From Clostridia bacterium (lineage in GTDB: Bacteria; Bacillota; Clostridia; Oscillospirales; CAG-272), in NCBI GenBank assembly GCA_017461765.1, contig JAFTXO010000014.1, forward strand, positions 10,926 through 74,925: a stretch of 64,000 nucleotides of DNA, given 5' to 3'. Of the stretch, positions 1 through 9,657 are shown in pieces; the first letter of the stretch is position 1; each line of letters starts with the position of its first letter. The notes under the pieces were generated by a model. It searched no databases. It saw only the letters and a list, made by a program, of their open reading frames with translations, and was not told where the DNA came from. Made by a program: the position numbers and the translations under genes.

Positions 1-81
1 TATGCTCAAAAGCACATCTTCTCTTTTTATTCCGCAGTTATCGGAAAGCGAGTTTTCGATAACCTTTTCTATAACAACCAT
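1..81 (-). CDS. 5' end (27 codons) of an unidentified gene running off the left edge of the window
   Basis: ATG at 81-79 on the minus strand, preceded by an AGAGG RBS. The frame stays open to position 1. Too short to identify. Confidence 0.3.
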   Translation of the reverse strand, partial: MVVIEKVIENSLSDNCGIKREDVLLSI

Positions 82-139
82 TTTAAACCTCTAAGCATAC
101 TTATTTAATTATATATTATATACTATAATTGCGAAAAAA

Positions 140-823
140 TCAACCTTCACCTGATAAATATTTATTTATTTTTTCAAGCGATGACTTTTCTATTCTCGAA
201 ACATAGGATCTTGAAATTCCAAGAATTTGTGCAACCTCTCTTTGAGTATAAGCCTGGGTATTACCAAGACCGTATCTCATAATAAGTATCTGCTTTTCTC
301 TTTCCTCTAAATTATCCCGTATAAATTTCAAAGCCTTATTTATCTGTATCTTCTTATCTATATCCTCAATTATTGTATCCTCCGTGCTTATTATATCGAT
401 ATACGTAAGCGGATTTCCATCCTTATCTATATCAATAGTATCATTAAGCGATACCTCGCATCCTATCTTTTTCTGACTTCTGAAAAACATAAGTATCTCG
501 TTTTGGATACATTTTGCCGCATAAGTTGCAAATCGTGCTCCGTTTGAAAAATTGAAGGTATCGATTGCCTTTATAAGTCCTATTGTGCCTATTGATATCA
601 GATCCTCAGTATTTTTTGTTGAAGTATAATATTTTCTTACTATATGAGCTACAAGTCTCAGATTGTGCTCGATAAGCTTTTCCCTTGCTTTTTCATCACC
701 CTGCGATGAAAGTCTAAAGCATTCCTTTTCTTCTTCCGGAGACAGAGGCGGTAAAAATTTCTGCGTAGGCTCTACTCCAAGTATCATATATGCTATATGC
801 ATAATGACAGAAAAAATCCCCAT
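140..823 (-). CDS. sigK: Sporulation sigma factor, pro-sigma-K type (sigma-70 family, SigE/SigK group)
   Basis: LIEHNLRLVAHIVRKY, DLISIGTIGLIKAI, ATYAAKCIQNEILM and GISRSYVSRIEK match the SigK/SigE signature. An N-terminal hydrophobic pro-sequence is present. GAGGTGA RBS before the ATG at 823. The gene is uninterrupted. Confidence 0.7.
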   Translation of the reverse strand: MGIFSVIMHIAYMILGVEPTQKFLPPLSPEEEKECFRLSSQGDEKAREKLIEHNLRLVAHIVRKYYTSTKNTEDLISIGTIGLIKAIDTFNFSNGARFATYAAKCIQNEILMFFRSQKKIGCEVSLNDTIDIDKDGNPLTYIDIISTEDTIIEDIDKKIQINKALKFIRDNLEEREKQILIMRYGLGNTQAYTQREVAQILGISRSYVSRIEKSSLEKINKYLSGEG

Positions 824-962
824 AAAATCACCTCACATAAACTATATTTTCAATTGTAAAAAAATTGCTTGTCAGGTTGAAATTTCAATTTTGATTTTTG
901 AATATGAAAGCAATTTAAGAGAAAAATAATAGTGAACGAAAGTTCAATTTGGAGGATTTAAA

Positions 963-1190
963 ATGATAATAGACAGAATAGCTCTTCTTCTGCTTATAGT
1001 AGGCGGAATAAACTGGGGCAGCATTGGTCTTTTCCAATTCGATATTGTTGCTTGGATATTTGGCGGACAGGATGCTATCGGAGCAAGAATAGTTTACGTA
1101 CTGGTTGCTCTTTGCGCTCTTTGGTGTATCTCGCTCTTATTCAGAGAAAGAGGAAAGATTACAAGTTCGGATACCGATCGCGTAGAATAA
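963..1190 (+). CDS. DUF378 family small membrane protein
   Basis: LLLIVGGINWGSIGLFQFDIVAWIFGG is the typical DUF378 motif. GGAGG RBS. Terminator follows at 1216-1245. Confidence 0.6.
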   Translation: MIIDRIALLLLIVGGINWGSIGLFQFDIVAWIFGGQDAIGARIVYVLVALCALWCISLLFRERGKITSSDTDRVE

Positions 1191-1215
1191 TCTAAATTTT
1201 AATATGCCAAAAAGC

Positions 1216-1245
1216 AAAAATCTCCGCTGAAAAACGGAGATTTTT
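1216..1245. terminator. Bidirectional rho-independent terminator
   Basis: AAAAATCTCCG / CGGAGATTTTT hairpin between the convergent DUF378 and tmcAL-like genes. Confidence 0.7.
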
Positions 1246-1249
1246 CATT

Positions 1250-2422
1250 TTATTTTTTAAGAAAAGGTTGTTTTTTAAATACGTCATTTTGCACCGAGGG
1301 CGATCTCATAAAGCTTATATGAAATTTATCCATTTTCAAGGACATTTCAGCCTGATTTATCGACACAGGGTCAAGTTTTTTATAATTTGCCACTTTAGTT
1401 AAAATATTTATTTTATTTGCTTTTTTTGCATTCTTTACAATTACTCTTCCGCATGAATTTGAAGAAAGTAATGTTGTATATGAAGGCATTTCCTCTATTT
1501 TTTTAACCTTAAACATCATATAAAATATGACACGTCTAAGCCTTGAATGGGTATAGGATTTAGATGTCAATTTTTCAAAAAACTCTTTGCCGCTTGAGGC
1601 TTCCTTAGCAACATTCAAAATAAAATGTGACATACCCGGCAGTGTATCGTATATAGTCTCAAAATCATCGGCAATTGCTAAAAGAAGATATTTATGGATA
1701 AAATCATCTAATGCTTCCTCATTAAGAATTTTACCTTCATTCTGCTCTCTTTTATAAACATCAAGAACATCTTCGGGAACAGATATAAATTTTCCTTTTT
1801 TATAGAAAAACTTTCTTATTGCTCCCGCAGACATGATATCCGATATCTCATAATCCTTGTATGATGATCCCTTGCGCTTGATTACTATTGGGATTATGCT
1901 AGAATCAATACTTTTAATGGCTCTTAAATATTCTACTCCAAGAATATCATTTGGCGTATTTGGTATAGATTTTCCAAGCTTTATAAGCGCTTTTTCACGA
2001 GCCCTCGGATAGCTTATTCCTTTCTCCTTAAGCGCTAAGGAAATGGCATTTGCAAAATTCTCACTATCTATCGTATCTGCAATATCCTTCAAATAATCTA
2101 TCTCCCCCGTTTCAGAGCCAAAGCAAAGATGTGTTGCTCCAAGAGATGATGCTATATATACTCCCGCCTTAGCAAACACCTCAGCGTTCGAAGACGAATA
2201 CGGATACGGTATTTCAAATACTGCATCAACGCCGCATATTACAGCCGCTTCTGCTCTTGAATACTTGTCCATTATAGCAAGCTCTGCTCTTTGCGTGCAA
2301 TTTCCTGACATGATGGCTATTATTTTAGATTTCGGGAAGCTCTCCTTAATTTTATTTATTTGAATTTTATGACCGCTGTGAAACGGATTATATTCGCATA
2401 TTATTGCGATAATTTCGCTCAT
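1250..2422 (-). CDS. tmcAL: Nucleotidyltransferase of the YlbM/TmcAL family (tRNA-Met cytidine acetate ligase-like)
   Basis: N-terminus MSEIIAIICEYNPFHSGH (HxGH nucleotidyltransferase motif) and ~390 aa length. Start chosen at 2422, which follows a GAAAGGA RBS, rather than the ORF-track start at 2452. Confidence 0.65.
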   Translation of the reverse strand: MSEIIAIICEYNPFHSGHKIQINKIKESFPKSKIIAIMSGNCTQRAELAIMDKYSRAEAAVICGVDAVFEIPYPYSSSNAEVFAKAGVYIASSLGATHLCFGSETGEIDYLKDIADTIDSENFANAISLALKEKGISYPRAREKALIKLGKSIPNTPNDILGVEYLRAIKSIDSSIIPIVIKRKGSSYKDYEISDIMSAGAIRKFFYKKGKFISVPEDVLDVYKREQNEGKILNEEALDDFIHKYLLLAIADDFETIYDTLPGMSHFILNVAKEASSGKEFFEKLTSKSYTHSRLRRVIFYMMFKVKKIEEMPSYTTLLSSNSCGRVIVKNAKKANKINILTKVANYKKLDPVSINQAEMSLKMDKFHISFMRSPSVQNDVFKKQPFLKK

Positions 2423-2467
2423 TTTTACATTCCTTTCAAAAAAATCCAACATTTTTCTTGTTTAGCC

Positions 2468-2496
2468 TTGAAATTAACCAATCTTTCATATATAAT
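2468..2496 (+). promoter_or_regulatory. Sigma-A type promoter for ackA
   Basis: TTGAAA - 17 nt - TATAAT, read directly. Confidence 0.5.
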
Positions 2497-2547
2497 ATAC
2501 TTGATATTTTAAAATTTGTCAAGAAACAATTTACGGAGGATACAAAA

Positions 2548-3813
2548 ATGAAAGTTCTTGTTGTTAATGCAGGTAGCTCATCTCTCAAATATCAGCTTAT
2601 GGATACAGCTACCGAAGAAGTTCTTGCAAAGGGCATTTGCGAGAGAATCGGAGATGTGCAAGGTAGCCTTATCGATCACAAAAAGGCTGATGGCACAAAA
2701 ATCAAAAAACAAATTCCTATGAAAGACCACGCTGTTGCTACCGAGATTGTTGTTTCGATGCTTACAGATAAAGAAAACGGATGCATCTCGAATATGAATG
2801 AGATCGAAGCTGTTGGTCACAGAGTTGTTCACGGCGGCCCTTACTTCTTTGAAAGTGTTATAGTTACCCCCGAAGTAGTTGATACTATAGATATTTGCAG
2901 TGAATTTGCACCTTTACATAATCCCGCTCACATTATGGGTATCAAGGGCTGTCAAAAAGTTATGCCCGATGTTCCCCAAGTCGTTGTATTCGATACTGCT
3001 TTCCATCAGACAATGGAGCCTAAAGCATATACATATCCTCTTCCTATAAAGATGGTTGAGGAGGATCATATCAGAAGATACGGTATGCACGGTACATCTC
3101 ACCGCTTTGTTGCTACTGAAGCGATCAAGCTTTTAGGCGACAAAAAGGATTCAAAGATAGTAACCTGCCATATTGGTAACGGTTCTTCAATATCTGCCGT
3201 AAGAGACGGTAAGGTAGTTGATACAAGCATGGGCTTCACTCCTCTTGACGGTGTTGAAATGGGTACTCGTTGCGGTTCTATAGATCCTGCTATCGTTCCT
3301 TATATCATGAAAAAATACGGTATAGGCGTTGATGAAATTTCTGATTTTCTTAATAAAAAATGCGGATTTTTAGGCGTTTCCGATTACTCTTCCGATAGCC
3401 GTGATATCGAAGCTGCTATTCTCGGTAAATTCAACGAGGAAAATCCCAAATGCCCCAAAACAGACGAAGAAAAGGCTATTGTTAAAAAGCACGCTCAGCT
3501 TGCCGCTGATATTCTTGCTTTCCAGGTTAAGAAATATATAGGTTCATATGCCGCTATAATGAACGGTCTTGATGCAATCGTATTTACAGCAGGAATGGGC
3601 GAAAACAATCCTGAGCTTCGTGAAAGAGTTTGCCGCGATATGGATTATATGGGTATCGATATCGATATGGAGCTCAATGCAAAAACATTGAGACAGCCAA
3701 ACATCGTAGAGCTCTCCACACCGAAATCCAAGGTTAAGGTTTATGTTCTTCCTACAAATGAAGAGTTTATGATTGCAAGAGATACAGAAGCTATCGTTTT
3801 GAAAAACAAATAA
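2548..3813 (+). CDS. ackA: Acetate kinase
   Basis: MKVLVVNAGSSSLKYQL N-terminus, HRVVHGG and GMHGTSH motifs. GGAGGA RBS before the ATG at 2548. The upstream part of the ORF is non-coding leader. Confidence 0.95.
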   Translation: MKVLVVNAGSSSLKYQLMDTATEEVLAKGICERIGDVQGSLIDHKKADGTKIKKQIPMKDHAVATEIVVSMLTDKENGCISNMNEIEAVGHRVVHGGPYFFESVIVTPEVVDTIDICSEFAPLHNPAHIMGIKGCQKVMPDVPQVVVFDTAFHQTMEPKAYTYPLPIKMVEEDHIRRYGMHGTSHRFVATEAIKLLGDKKDSKIVTCHIGNGSSISAVRDGKVVDTSMGFTPLDGVEMGTRCGSIDPAIVPYIMKKYGIGVDEISDFLNKKCGFLGVSDYSSDSRDIEAAILGKFNEENPKCPKTDEEKAIVKKHAQLAADILAFQVKKYIGSYAAIMNGLDAIVFTAGMGENNPELRERVCRDMDYMGIDIDMELNAKTLRQPNIVELSTPKSKVKVYVLPTNEEFMIARDTEAIVLKNK

Positions 3814-3820
3814 TTAAATG

Positions 3821-3849
3821 AAAAATCGGGCTTGAAATGCCCGATTTTT
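3821..3849. terminator. Bidirectional terminator between ackA and fucU
   Basis: AAAAATCGGGC ttgaaat GCCCGATTTTT. Confidence 0.75.
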
Positions 3850-3853
3850 GCTT

Positions 3854-4288
3854 TTATATTACGCCCTTTTGGAGCATTATATTTGCATAGATAGCTTTTT
3901 CACTGGTTGCTATTATTGCATATGCAGTCTTTGCTTCCTCATAAAAAGCAAATCTTTCGATCGTTCCTACGGTGTCTGCTCCTCTTTTGTCGTGCTTTGC
4001 AATGATCTCCTTATATGTGTCCCAAATAGGAGTTTTAGCGTTATCGCCCTTCATTACCTCCATCAAGCTTACAGGCTTTTCAACATAGGTATCAAGCGGA
4101 AAAAGCTGCAAAATTGCATCCAATATTTCCGGAACACCGTGTCCGTCGCATCTTATTACCTTTGCATTTTTTCCGATTGATTCGGAGGGAAAATTACCGT
4201 CAGCAATTACTATTCTGTCGCTATGTCCCATTTCACAAAGAACTTTAAGAAGCTCAGGTGAGATTATACTTGGAATTCCTTTTAACAT
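3854..4288 (-). CDS. fucU: RbsD/FucU family mutarotase, L-fucose mutarotase-like
   Basis: MLKGIPSIISPELLKVLCEMGHSDRIVIADGNFP is the typical FucU/RbsD N-terminus. 144 aa. Confidence 0.75.
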   Translation of the reverse strand: MLKGIPSIISPELLKVLCEMGHSDRIVIADGNFPSESIGKNAKVIRCDGHGVPEILDAILQLFPLDTYVEKPVSLMEVMKGDNAKTPIWDTYKEIIAKHDKRGADTVGTIERFAFYEEAKTAYAIIATSEKAIYANIMLQKGVI

Positions 4289-4312
4289 TTTTATTCTCCT
4301 TTATATAAAAAT

Positions 4313-5038
4313 TTATTTTGTATCTTTTGCGTATGTAACGGGAATTATCATTTTTGCTCCCGCGGTTTTTAAAAGTTGCATACAAACCTTAACAGTTGCG
4401 CCGGAAGTTATAACATCGTCTATTAAAAACACATTCTTACCTTGAATATCAACATCATTTATTCTATAAGAATTTGCTGCGTTTATTACTCTTTCGTGCT
4501 TTGTAAGTGTTTTTTGCTCCGATCTTCCGATGTTTGTAAAGCAAGAAACCACTTTCATTCCCATCTTTTTCGCGTATGCTTTTGCAAGAAGCTTTGTGTG
4601 ATCGTATCCGTATTTTATCTTTCCGCTTTTTCTTCTTGGAGGATATGTAACGATAAAATTATTACGATAATCTATATTTAGTCGTTTACAATGCATTATT
4701 GTTTTTTCTTTCATTACTTGAGCACAAAAATCAATTACCTCCAATAAATACTCACGCTTCAATTTATAAACAATATAATTTACAGGTGAATTTACATTTG
4801 GTTTATAAAACACACACGATATAATAGGCGGTTTATTCTTTCTTGAAAGAGTTGACGGAGTACAGGTGCAATAATCTATATCATATCCACATTTTTCACA
4901 AAGAATATCAAGATGGTCAAGCCAAAGCGAAGAACAATCATCGCAAATTGCCTTTTGACGTTTATAATCTATAACCTCATCGCATATCACGCACTTCCGC
5001 GTAAAGAATGACCGTTTGATATATTCAATCACATTCAT
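4313..5038 (-). CDS. comFC: ComF family protein (phosphoribosyltransferase domain, ComFC-like)
   Basis: N-terminal Cys-rich zinc-finger region plus the C-terminal PRTase motif VFLIDDVITSGATV. Overlaps the end of recD2, as is usual for this pair. Confidence 0.8.
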   Translation of the reverse strand: MNVIEYIKRSFFTRKCVICDEVIDYKRQKAICDDCSSLWLDHLDILCEKCGYDIDYCTCTPSTLSRKNKPPIISCVFYKPNVNSPVNYIVYKLKREYLLEVIDFCAQVMKEKTIMHCKRLNIDYRNNFIVTYPPRRKSGKIKYGYDHTKLLAKAYAKKMGMKVVSCFTNIGRSEQKTLTKHERVINAANSYRINDVDIQGKNVFLIDDVITSGATVKVCMQLLKTAGAKMIIPVTYAKDTK

Positions 5039-7253
5039 CTTCGCCGTTCCTCAAAAAATAACAAAGTCCCGTGTTTTTGCATATTTCATTATCATTAAGT
5101 ATCATATTTTCGAATGTTTTTTTATCACCTATAACAATAACAACGTCCTCTGCTCTTGTGATGGCGGTATAGATAAGGTTTCTTGTAAGCAAAAATGATG
5201 ATGTTTTAGATAAAACGACTATAACTATCGAATATTCACTACCTTGACTTTTATGTACAGTCACGGCATATGCGGGATCTATTTCAACAAGAGCTGAAAA
5301 ATCGTATTCTGTAATTTTTTCATCGAAATCAATGGTGATCTTTTTTTCCTCTTTATTTATTGCTTTTATAATGCCGATTTCGCCGTTATAAATACCGTAA
5401 TCCTCTTCGTTTCCGCGATGCCATATAGCACAATAATCGTTTCTTGTCTGCATAACCTTATCTCCGACCCTGAACACTCTTTCAGACGATGTCGTATATT
5501 CGGTCTTCGACGGTGATGGAGGATTTAATACATCCTTTAAAATAAGATTTAAATTTTTCGTTCCTGTAACGCCCTTTTTTGTAGGAGTGATCACCTGTAT
5601 TGTCCTATCTTCACCGTATTTTGCAGGTAGCCTTCTTTTATAAAGATCTGCAACGTAACTCGGTATTTGCGACTCATTTTCCTTTGAAATAAAGAAAAAA
5701 TCATCGTATTTTTTTGTAAGATCGGTAATGATACCGTTTTTTATTTGGTGTGCTACGCTTATAATTCCGCTATCTTTATCCTGACGGAATATCTCTTTTA
5801 GCTCTATTGTAGAAAAGCGCTCGGATCTTATTATATCGTTAAGCACATCGCCCTCTCCGATAGATGGCAGCTGATTTACATCACCGATAAGTATCAGCCT
5901 TGATCCCGGCTTTATGGCTTTTAAAAGCGCTTTCATTAGAAAAATATCTATCATTGACGTTTCATCTACGATTATTACGTCCTGTAATAAATGATTTTTT
6001 TCATTTCTGCCAAAGCGCAAAGGAGGAAGTCTTTCATCGTACTCTCGCTCCATTTCAAGCAAACGGTGAATCGTTTTAGCCTCGCAAGATGTAGTTTCGC
6101 TCATTCTTTTGGCAGCTCTTCCTGTTGGCGCTGCCAAGGCACATTTTAGGCCGAGCTTATTAAAAATCTCCAAAAGAGCTTTAACAACGGTTGTTTTTCC
6201 CGTTCCCGGTCCGCCCGTTATAACGGTAACCCCATTAGAAATTGCTTTCTCTATAGATTTTTTTTGCATAGATGCATATTTTATTGAATTTTTATATTCT
6301 ATCTGCTCTATGAAGGCGTGAATATTTGAAATATCAATAGTAAAAATAGTTTTGTTCAAAAAAAGAAGCTTTTTTGCAATATATTCCTCTGTTATATATG
6401 TATCCTTTAAATACACGTGGCTTTCCGAAGCAAAATTAACTATGCGTATCTTATCCTCTTTTACAAGCTCGTCTATCATAACAAATATTTTCTCTTTATC
6501 AACATCAAGTAACTTTTGAGATGATGTAGCAAGCGTTTCTTTAAACACATATGTATGTCCGTCTCTTTCGGAATAGGTCTTTAAAACGAAAATTATACCG
6601 CTTTTTATTCTCAAATTGCTTTCGTGATAAATATTACCGAGCTTCTTCGCCATTTGATCTGCGGTATTGAACGGAAATCCGAACTCACATAATGCGTAAG
6701 GGTCTTCTGTTATTCTTTTAACAGCTTCTCTGCCCCATTTTTGATATATTTGTAATGCCATAGCGGGAGAAAGATGGCCGTCACAAGCAATCATAAGCTC
6801 ACGCACGCCTGTTTTATCACGAAAATCCTTGCTTATCTCACGAGCTTTATTCAATGATATTCCGCGGATTTGCATAAGCCAATCGCCGTGATTTGCTATT
6901 ACCTCAAACGTATCCTCGCCGTATTTATCGACGATTTTTTGAGCGATTTTCGGGCCTATACCCTTTATTATGCCTGAAGAAAGATATTTGAAAATTCCGT
7001 TCTTATCGTTTGGGAGAACCTTTTCGTACTTTTCTACCTTGAACTGCCTACCGTAAAGCTGATGGTGAGTCCAGCTTCCAAAAACATCTATTCTTTCGCC
7101 TACAGAAATATATGGCATACTACCTACGATCATAGTTGTCTCGCCGTTATCATTCTTTATTTCACATATGCTATATCCCGTTTCGTCGTTCGAATAAACG
7201 ACATTCTCGACTGTTCCGCATATGTGCAACAGATTGGAATAAGCGCCGTCCAT
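5025..7253 (-). CDS. recD2: ATP-dependent RecD2-like DNA helicase (RecD/TraA family)
   Basis: Walker A ITGGPGTGKTT, DETSM, GDVNQLPS, and the C-terminal SH3/UvrD_C region TVHKSQGSE. Start chosen at 7253 (AAGGGGGAG RBS). The ORF-track start at 7304 is an alternative. Confidence 0.9.
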   Translation of the reverse strand: MDGAYSNLLHICGTVENVVYSNDETGYSICEIKNDNGETTMIVGSMPYISVGERIDVFGSWTHHQLYGRQFKVEKYEKVLPNDKNGIFKYLSSGIIKGIGPKIAQKIVDKYGEDTFEVIANHGDWLMQIRGISLNKAREISKDFRDKTGVRELMIACDGHLSPAMALQIYQKWGREAVKRITEDPYALCEFGFPFNTADQMAKKLGNIYHESNLRIKSGIIFVLKTYSERDGHTYVFKETLATSSQKLLDVDKEKIFVMIDELVKEDKIRIVNFASESHVYLKDTYITEEYIAKKLLFLNKTIFTIDISNIHAFIEQIEYKNSIKYASMQKKSIEKAISNGVTVITGGPGTGKTTVVKALLEIFNKLGLKCALAAPTGRAAKRMSETTSCEAKTIHRLLEMEREYDERLPPLRFGRNEKNHLLQDVIIVDETSMIDIFLMKALLKAIKPGSRLILIGDVNQLPSIGEGDVLNDIIRSERFSTIELKEIFRQDKDSGIISVAHQIKNGIITDLTKKYDDFFFISKENESQIPSYVADLYKRRLPAKYGEDRTIQVITPTKKGVTGTKNLNLILKDVLNPPSPSKTEYTTSSERVFRVGDKVMQTRNDYCAIWHRGNEEDYGIYNGEIGIIKAINKEEKKITIDFDEKITEYDFSALVEIDPAYAVTVHKSQGSEYSIVIVVLSKTSSFLLTRNLIYTAITRAEDVVIVIGDKKTFENMILNDNEICKNTGLCYFLRNGEDECD

Positions 7254-7323
7254 AAAAGCTCCCCCTTTCTCAAATCTTAAAAATATTTTATCATATAACA
7301 TCATCTAATTCAAGTAATAATTG

Positions 7324-7352
7324 AAAAAGCACGATCAAAAAATCGTGCTTTT
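7324..7352. terminator. Terminator downstream of metK
   Basis: AGCACGAT caaaaa ATCGTGCT with flanking A and T runs. Confidence 0.7.
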
Positions 7353-7356
7353 ATTA

Positions 7357-8529
7357 TTAAAGAAGCTCTGCTTTGATTTTCTCTGCAAGATCAGTCTTTT
7401 CCCACGGAATATCGAGATCCTCTCTTCCTACATGACCGTATGATGCGAGCTGACGGTATATCGGACGGCGAAGTCCGAATTTTTCAATTATAGCGCTTGG
7501 TCTTAAGTCAACATTTTTGTTCACAAATTCAGCGATCTTTTGTTCATCCACCTTTGCAGTACCGAATGTATCTACCAAGACAGAAACAGGCTTTGCAACG
7601 CCGATTGCATATGCTATCTGAACCTCACATTTTTCTGCCACACCGGATGCCACTATATTTTTAGCCACATATCTTGCGGCATAAGATGCACTTCTGTCAA
7701 CCTTTGTGGGATCTTTTCCAGAGAAAGCTCCGCCGCCGTGACGTGAATATCCACCGTATGTATCTACGATTATTTTTCTTCCTGTAAGACCTGTATCACC
7801 GTTAGGACCGCCAACAACAAATCTTCCTGTGGGATTTACGAATATCTTTGTATTTTCATCTATCATTTCAGCAGGTATTATAGGCTTTATAACATTTTCT
7901 ATAACATCATTTCTGATCATTGAGAGAGATACGTCGGGGCTATGCTGAGAGGATACCACGATAGCATCTACTCTTATAGGCTTATCATCTTCATATTCAA
8001 CAGTTACCTGAGTTTTTCCGTCAGGACGAAGATATGCCATTTTTCCGTCCTTTCTTACTTTTGAAAGACGAATGGCAAGCTTATGCGCTAATGAAATAGG
8101 AAGCGGCATAAGCTCCTTTGTTTCGTTACAAGCATATCCAAACATAAGACCTTGGTCTCCTGCCCCGTTTTCCTGCTCACTCTCTCCGCTTTTTGCTTCG
8201 GCAGAATTATCAACTCCGAGAGCAATATCGGGTGATTGCTCGTGAATTGAGCTTATTACTGCGCAGGTATCGGCATCGAAGCCATATTTTGCTCTATCAT
8301 ATCCGATTTCTTTAACAGTCTTACGAACTATTCCCTGAATATCAACATAAGCTTTTGTTGTCACCTCGCCCATTACCATTACCATACCTGTTGTACAGCA
8401 TGTTTCGCACGCTACTCTGGACATAGGATCTTGTCTTAACATTTCATCAAGTATTGCATCTGATATTTGGTCACATATTTTATCGGGATGTCCTTCGGTT
8501 ACGGATTCCGATGTAAAAAATTTTCTCAT
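7357..8529 (-). CDS. metK: S-adenosylmethionine synthetase
   Basis: [26 protein letters not shown] and [16 protein letters not shown] motifs. AGGAG RBS before the ATG at 8529. Confidence 0.97.
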   Translation of the reverse strand: MRKFFTSESVTEGHPDKICDQISDAILDEMLRQDPMSRVACETCCTTGMVMVMGEVTTKAYVDIQGIVRKTVKEIGYDRAKYGFDADTCAVISSIHEQSPDIALGVDNSAEAKSGESEQENGAGDQGLMFGYACNETKELMPLPISLAHKLAIRLSKVRKDGKMAYLRPDGKTQVTVEYEDDKPIRVDAIVVSSQHSPDVSLSMIRNDVIENVIKPIIPAEMIDENTKIFVNPTGRFVVGGPNGDTGLTGRKIIVDTYGGYSRHGGGAFSGKDPTKVDRSASYAARYVAKNIVASGVAEKCEVQIAYAIGVAKPVSVLVDTFGTAKVDEQKIAEFVNKNVDLRPSAIIEKFGLRRPIYRQLASYGHVGREDLDIPWEKTDLAEKIKAELL

Positions 8530-8550
8530 ATTTTTCTCCTTATTAATAAT

Positions 8551-8675
8551 CAAAAGCCCGCGTAATTCCGCGGGCTGAACTTTTTAAGGTCTCATCTCTC
8601 GGAATTGGCACCTTGTCTTTCGATAGGTTGCCGTAGCTTCATAGGGCCTGTCCCTCCGCTACTCTTGATAAGAAT
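8551..8675 (-). ncRNA. SAM-I (S-box) riboswitch with expression-platform terminator, in the 5' leader of metK
   Basis: The minus strand reads TTATCAAGAGTAGCGGAGGGACAGGCCCTATGAAGCTACGGCAACC...GGTGCCAATTCCGAGAGA. It is followed by the AGCCCGCG gaatta CGCGGGCT TTTG hairpin at 8555-8576. Confidence 0.9.
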
Positions 8676-8727
8676 TTTATTTGCTTGATAAGTATAACAT
8701 ATACTATTCTATATTTCAATAGTTTTT

Positions 8728-9654
8728 TTAATTTTTTTGCAAAATTTTCGAATTTTCTTTTGCTTCCTTTTTCTTTTCCAAAATATAAAGCATAAACGAT
8801 ATTACAAATCCGACAGCCAATGCCAATACTCCGAAAATTATATCAGTTATGATATCATTACCGCTCCACGCTTTATAAATTTCCAAGCAGTCGCTTCCTA
8901 AAAATACTGCAAAAACCGAGCCTATTGCCAAACCGCATATTACAAAGAAAAATTTGCGGCGATAACTATTTAAAAATCTGTTTATGATCTTTGAGAAAAG
9001 AAGCGTACCTATAACAAAGCCCACCACCAAGACAACATAAACAAGTAACAGCTTTGCATTTGAAACAAGCTCTATATTTATTCCGTCCATAAGAGCCGTA
9101 TAATATCCGCAGATCATAAGAAGAACGGTTGCGCTAAGTCCCGGAATAAGCTGTGTCAAGGAGATAAGTATTCCTATAACCAAAAACAGTATATAATGCG
9201 CTGCATTTACATCGGAAAGCGAATTGCTTTGGTTAATGAAAAGTGACACTACCGTTATCAATAGCGGAATAAGCACGCCTATAACCATAAGTGCTATTCC
9301 CTTTCTATCCTTTTCCCCTTTAATTTCTTTAAAGAGCAACGGATATGTTCCTATCATAAGTCCGACAAAAAAGCATATTGTGATAAACGGAATAAGATCA
9401 AGTAAAAGCTTCACCAAAATAAATCCAATACCAAATCCCAACACAATGCCTATAAGAATAGGTATCAAAAATAAAACGCAAAGCTTAAACTTTTTAAACA
9501 AATTAGAAAAAGCGTACATAAGCTTATCGTAAATTCTCAGAACCATAGCTATAGCCGAACCGCTTATTCCGGGAACTATTACAGAAAGACCTATTGAAAA
9601 TCCAGCAATAACTGCCACTAAAATCTCTTTAAAATTTTTATATTTTAATTCCAT
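8728..9654 (-). CDS. DUF368 family polytopic membrane protein
   Basis: VPGISGSAIAMVLRIYDKL motif, a second half-repeat (IPGLSATVLLMICGYY), and about 8-9 predicted TM helices. Confidence 0.7.
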   Translation of the reverse strand: MELKYKNFKEILVAVIAGFSIGLSVIVPGISGSAIAMVLRIYDKLMYAFSNLFKKFKLCVLFLIPILIGIVLGFGIGFILVKLLLDLIPFITICFFVGLMIGTYPLLFKEIKGEKDRKGIALMVIGVLIPLLITVVSLFINQSNSLSDVNAAHYILFLVIGILISLTQLIPGLSATVLLMICGYYTALMDGINIELVSNAKLLLVYVVLVVGFVIGTLLFSKIINRFLNSYRRKFFFVICGLAIGSVFAVFLGSDCLEIYKAWSGNDIITDIIFGVLALAVGFVISFMLYILEKKKEAKENSKILQKN

Positions 9655-9657
9655 ATT

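Noticed and set aside
140-823. Possible sigK interruption by a skin-like element, as in B. subtilis and C. difficile.
   Set aside because: The ORF is continuous and covers sigma regions 2 to 4 in one frame, so no insertion is present.
3848-4180. 110-aa plus-strand ORF overlapping fucU.
   Set aside because: It is antisense to a clear FucU/RbsD homologue. It starts inside the ackA terminator and has no RBS.
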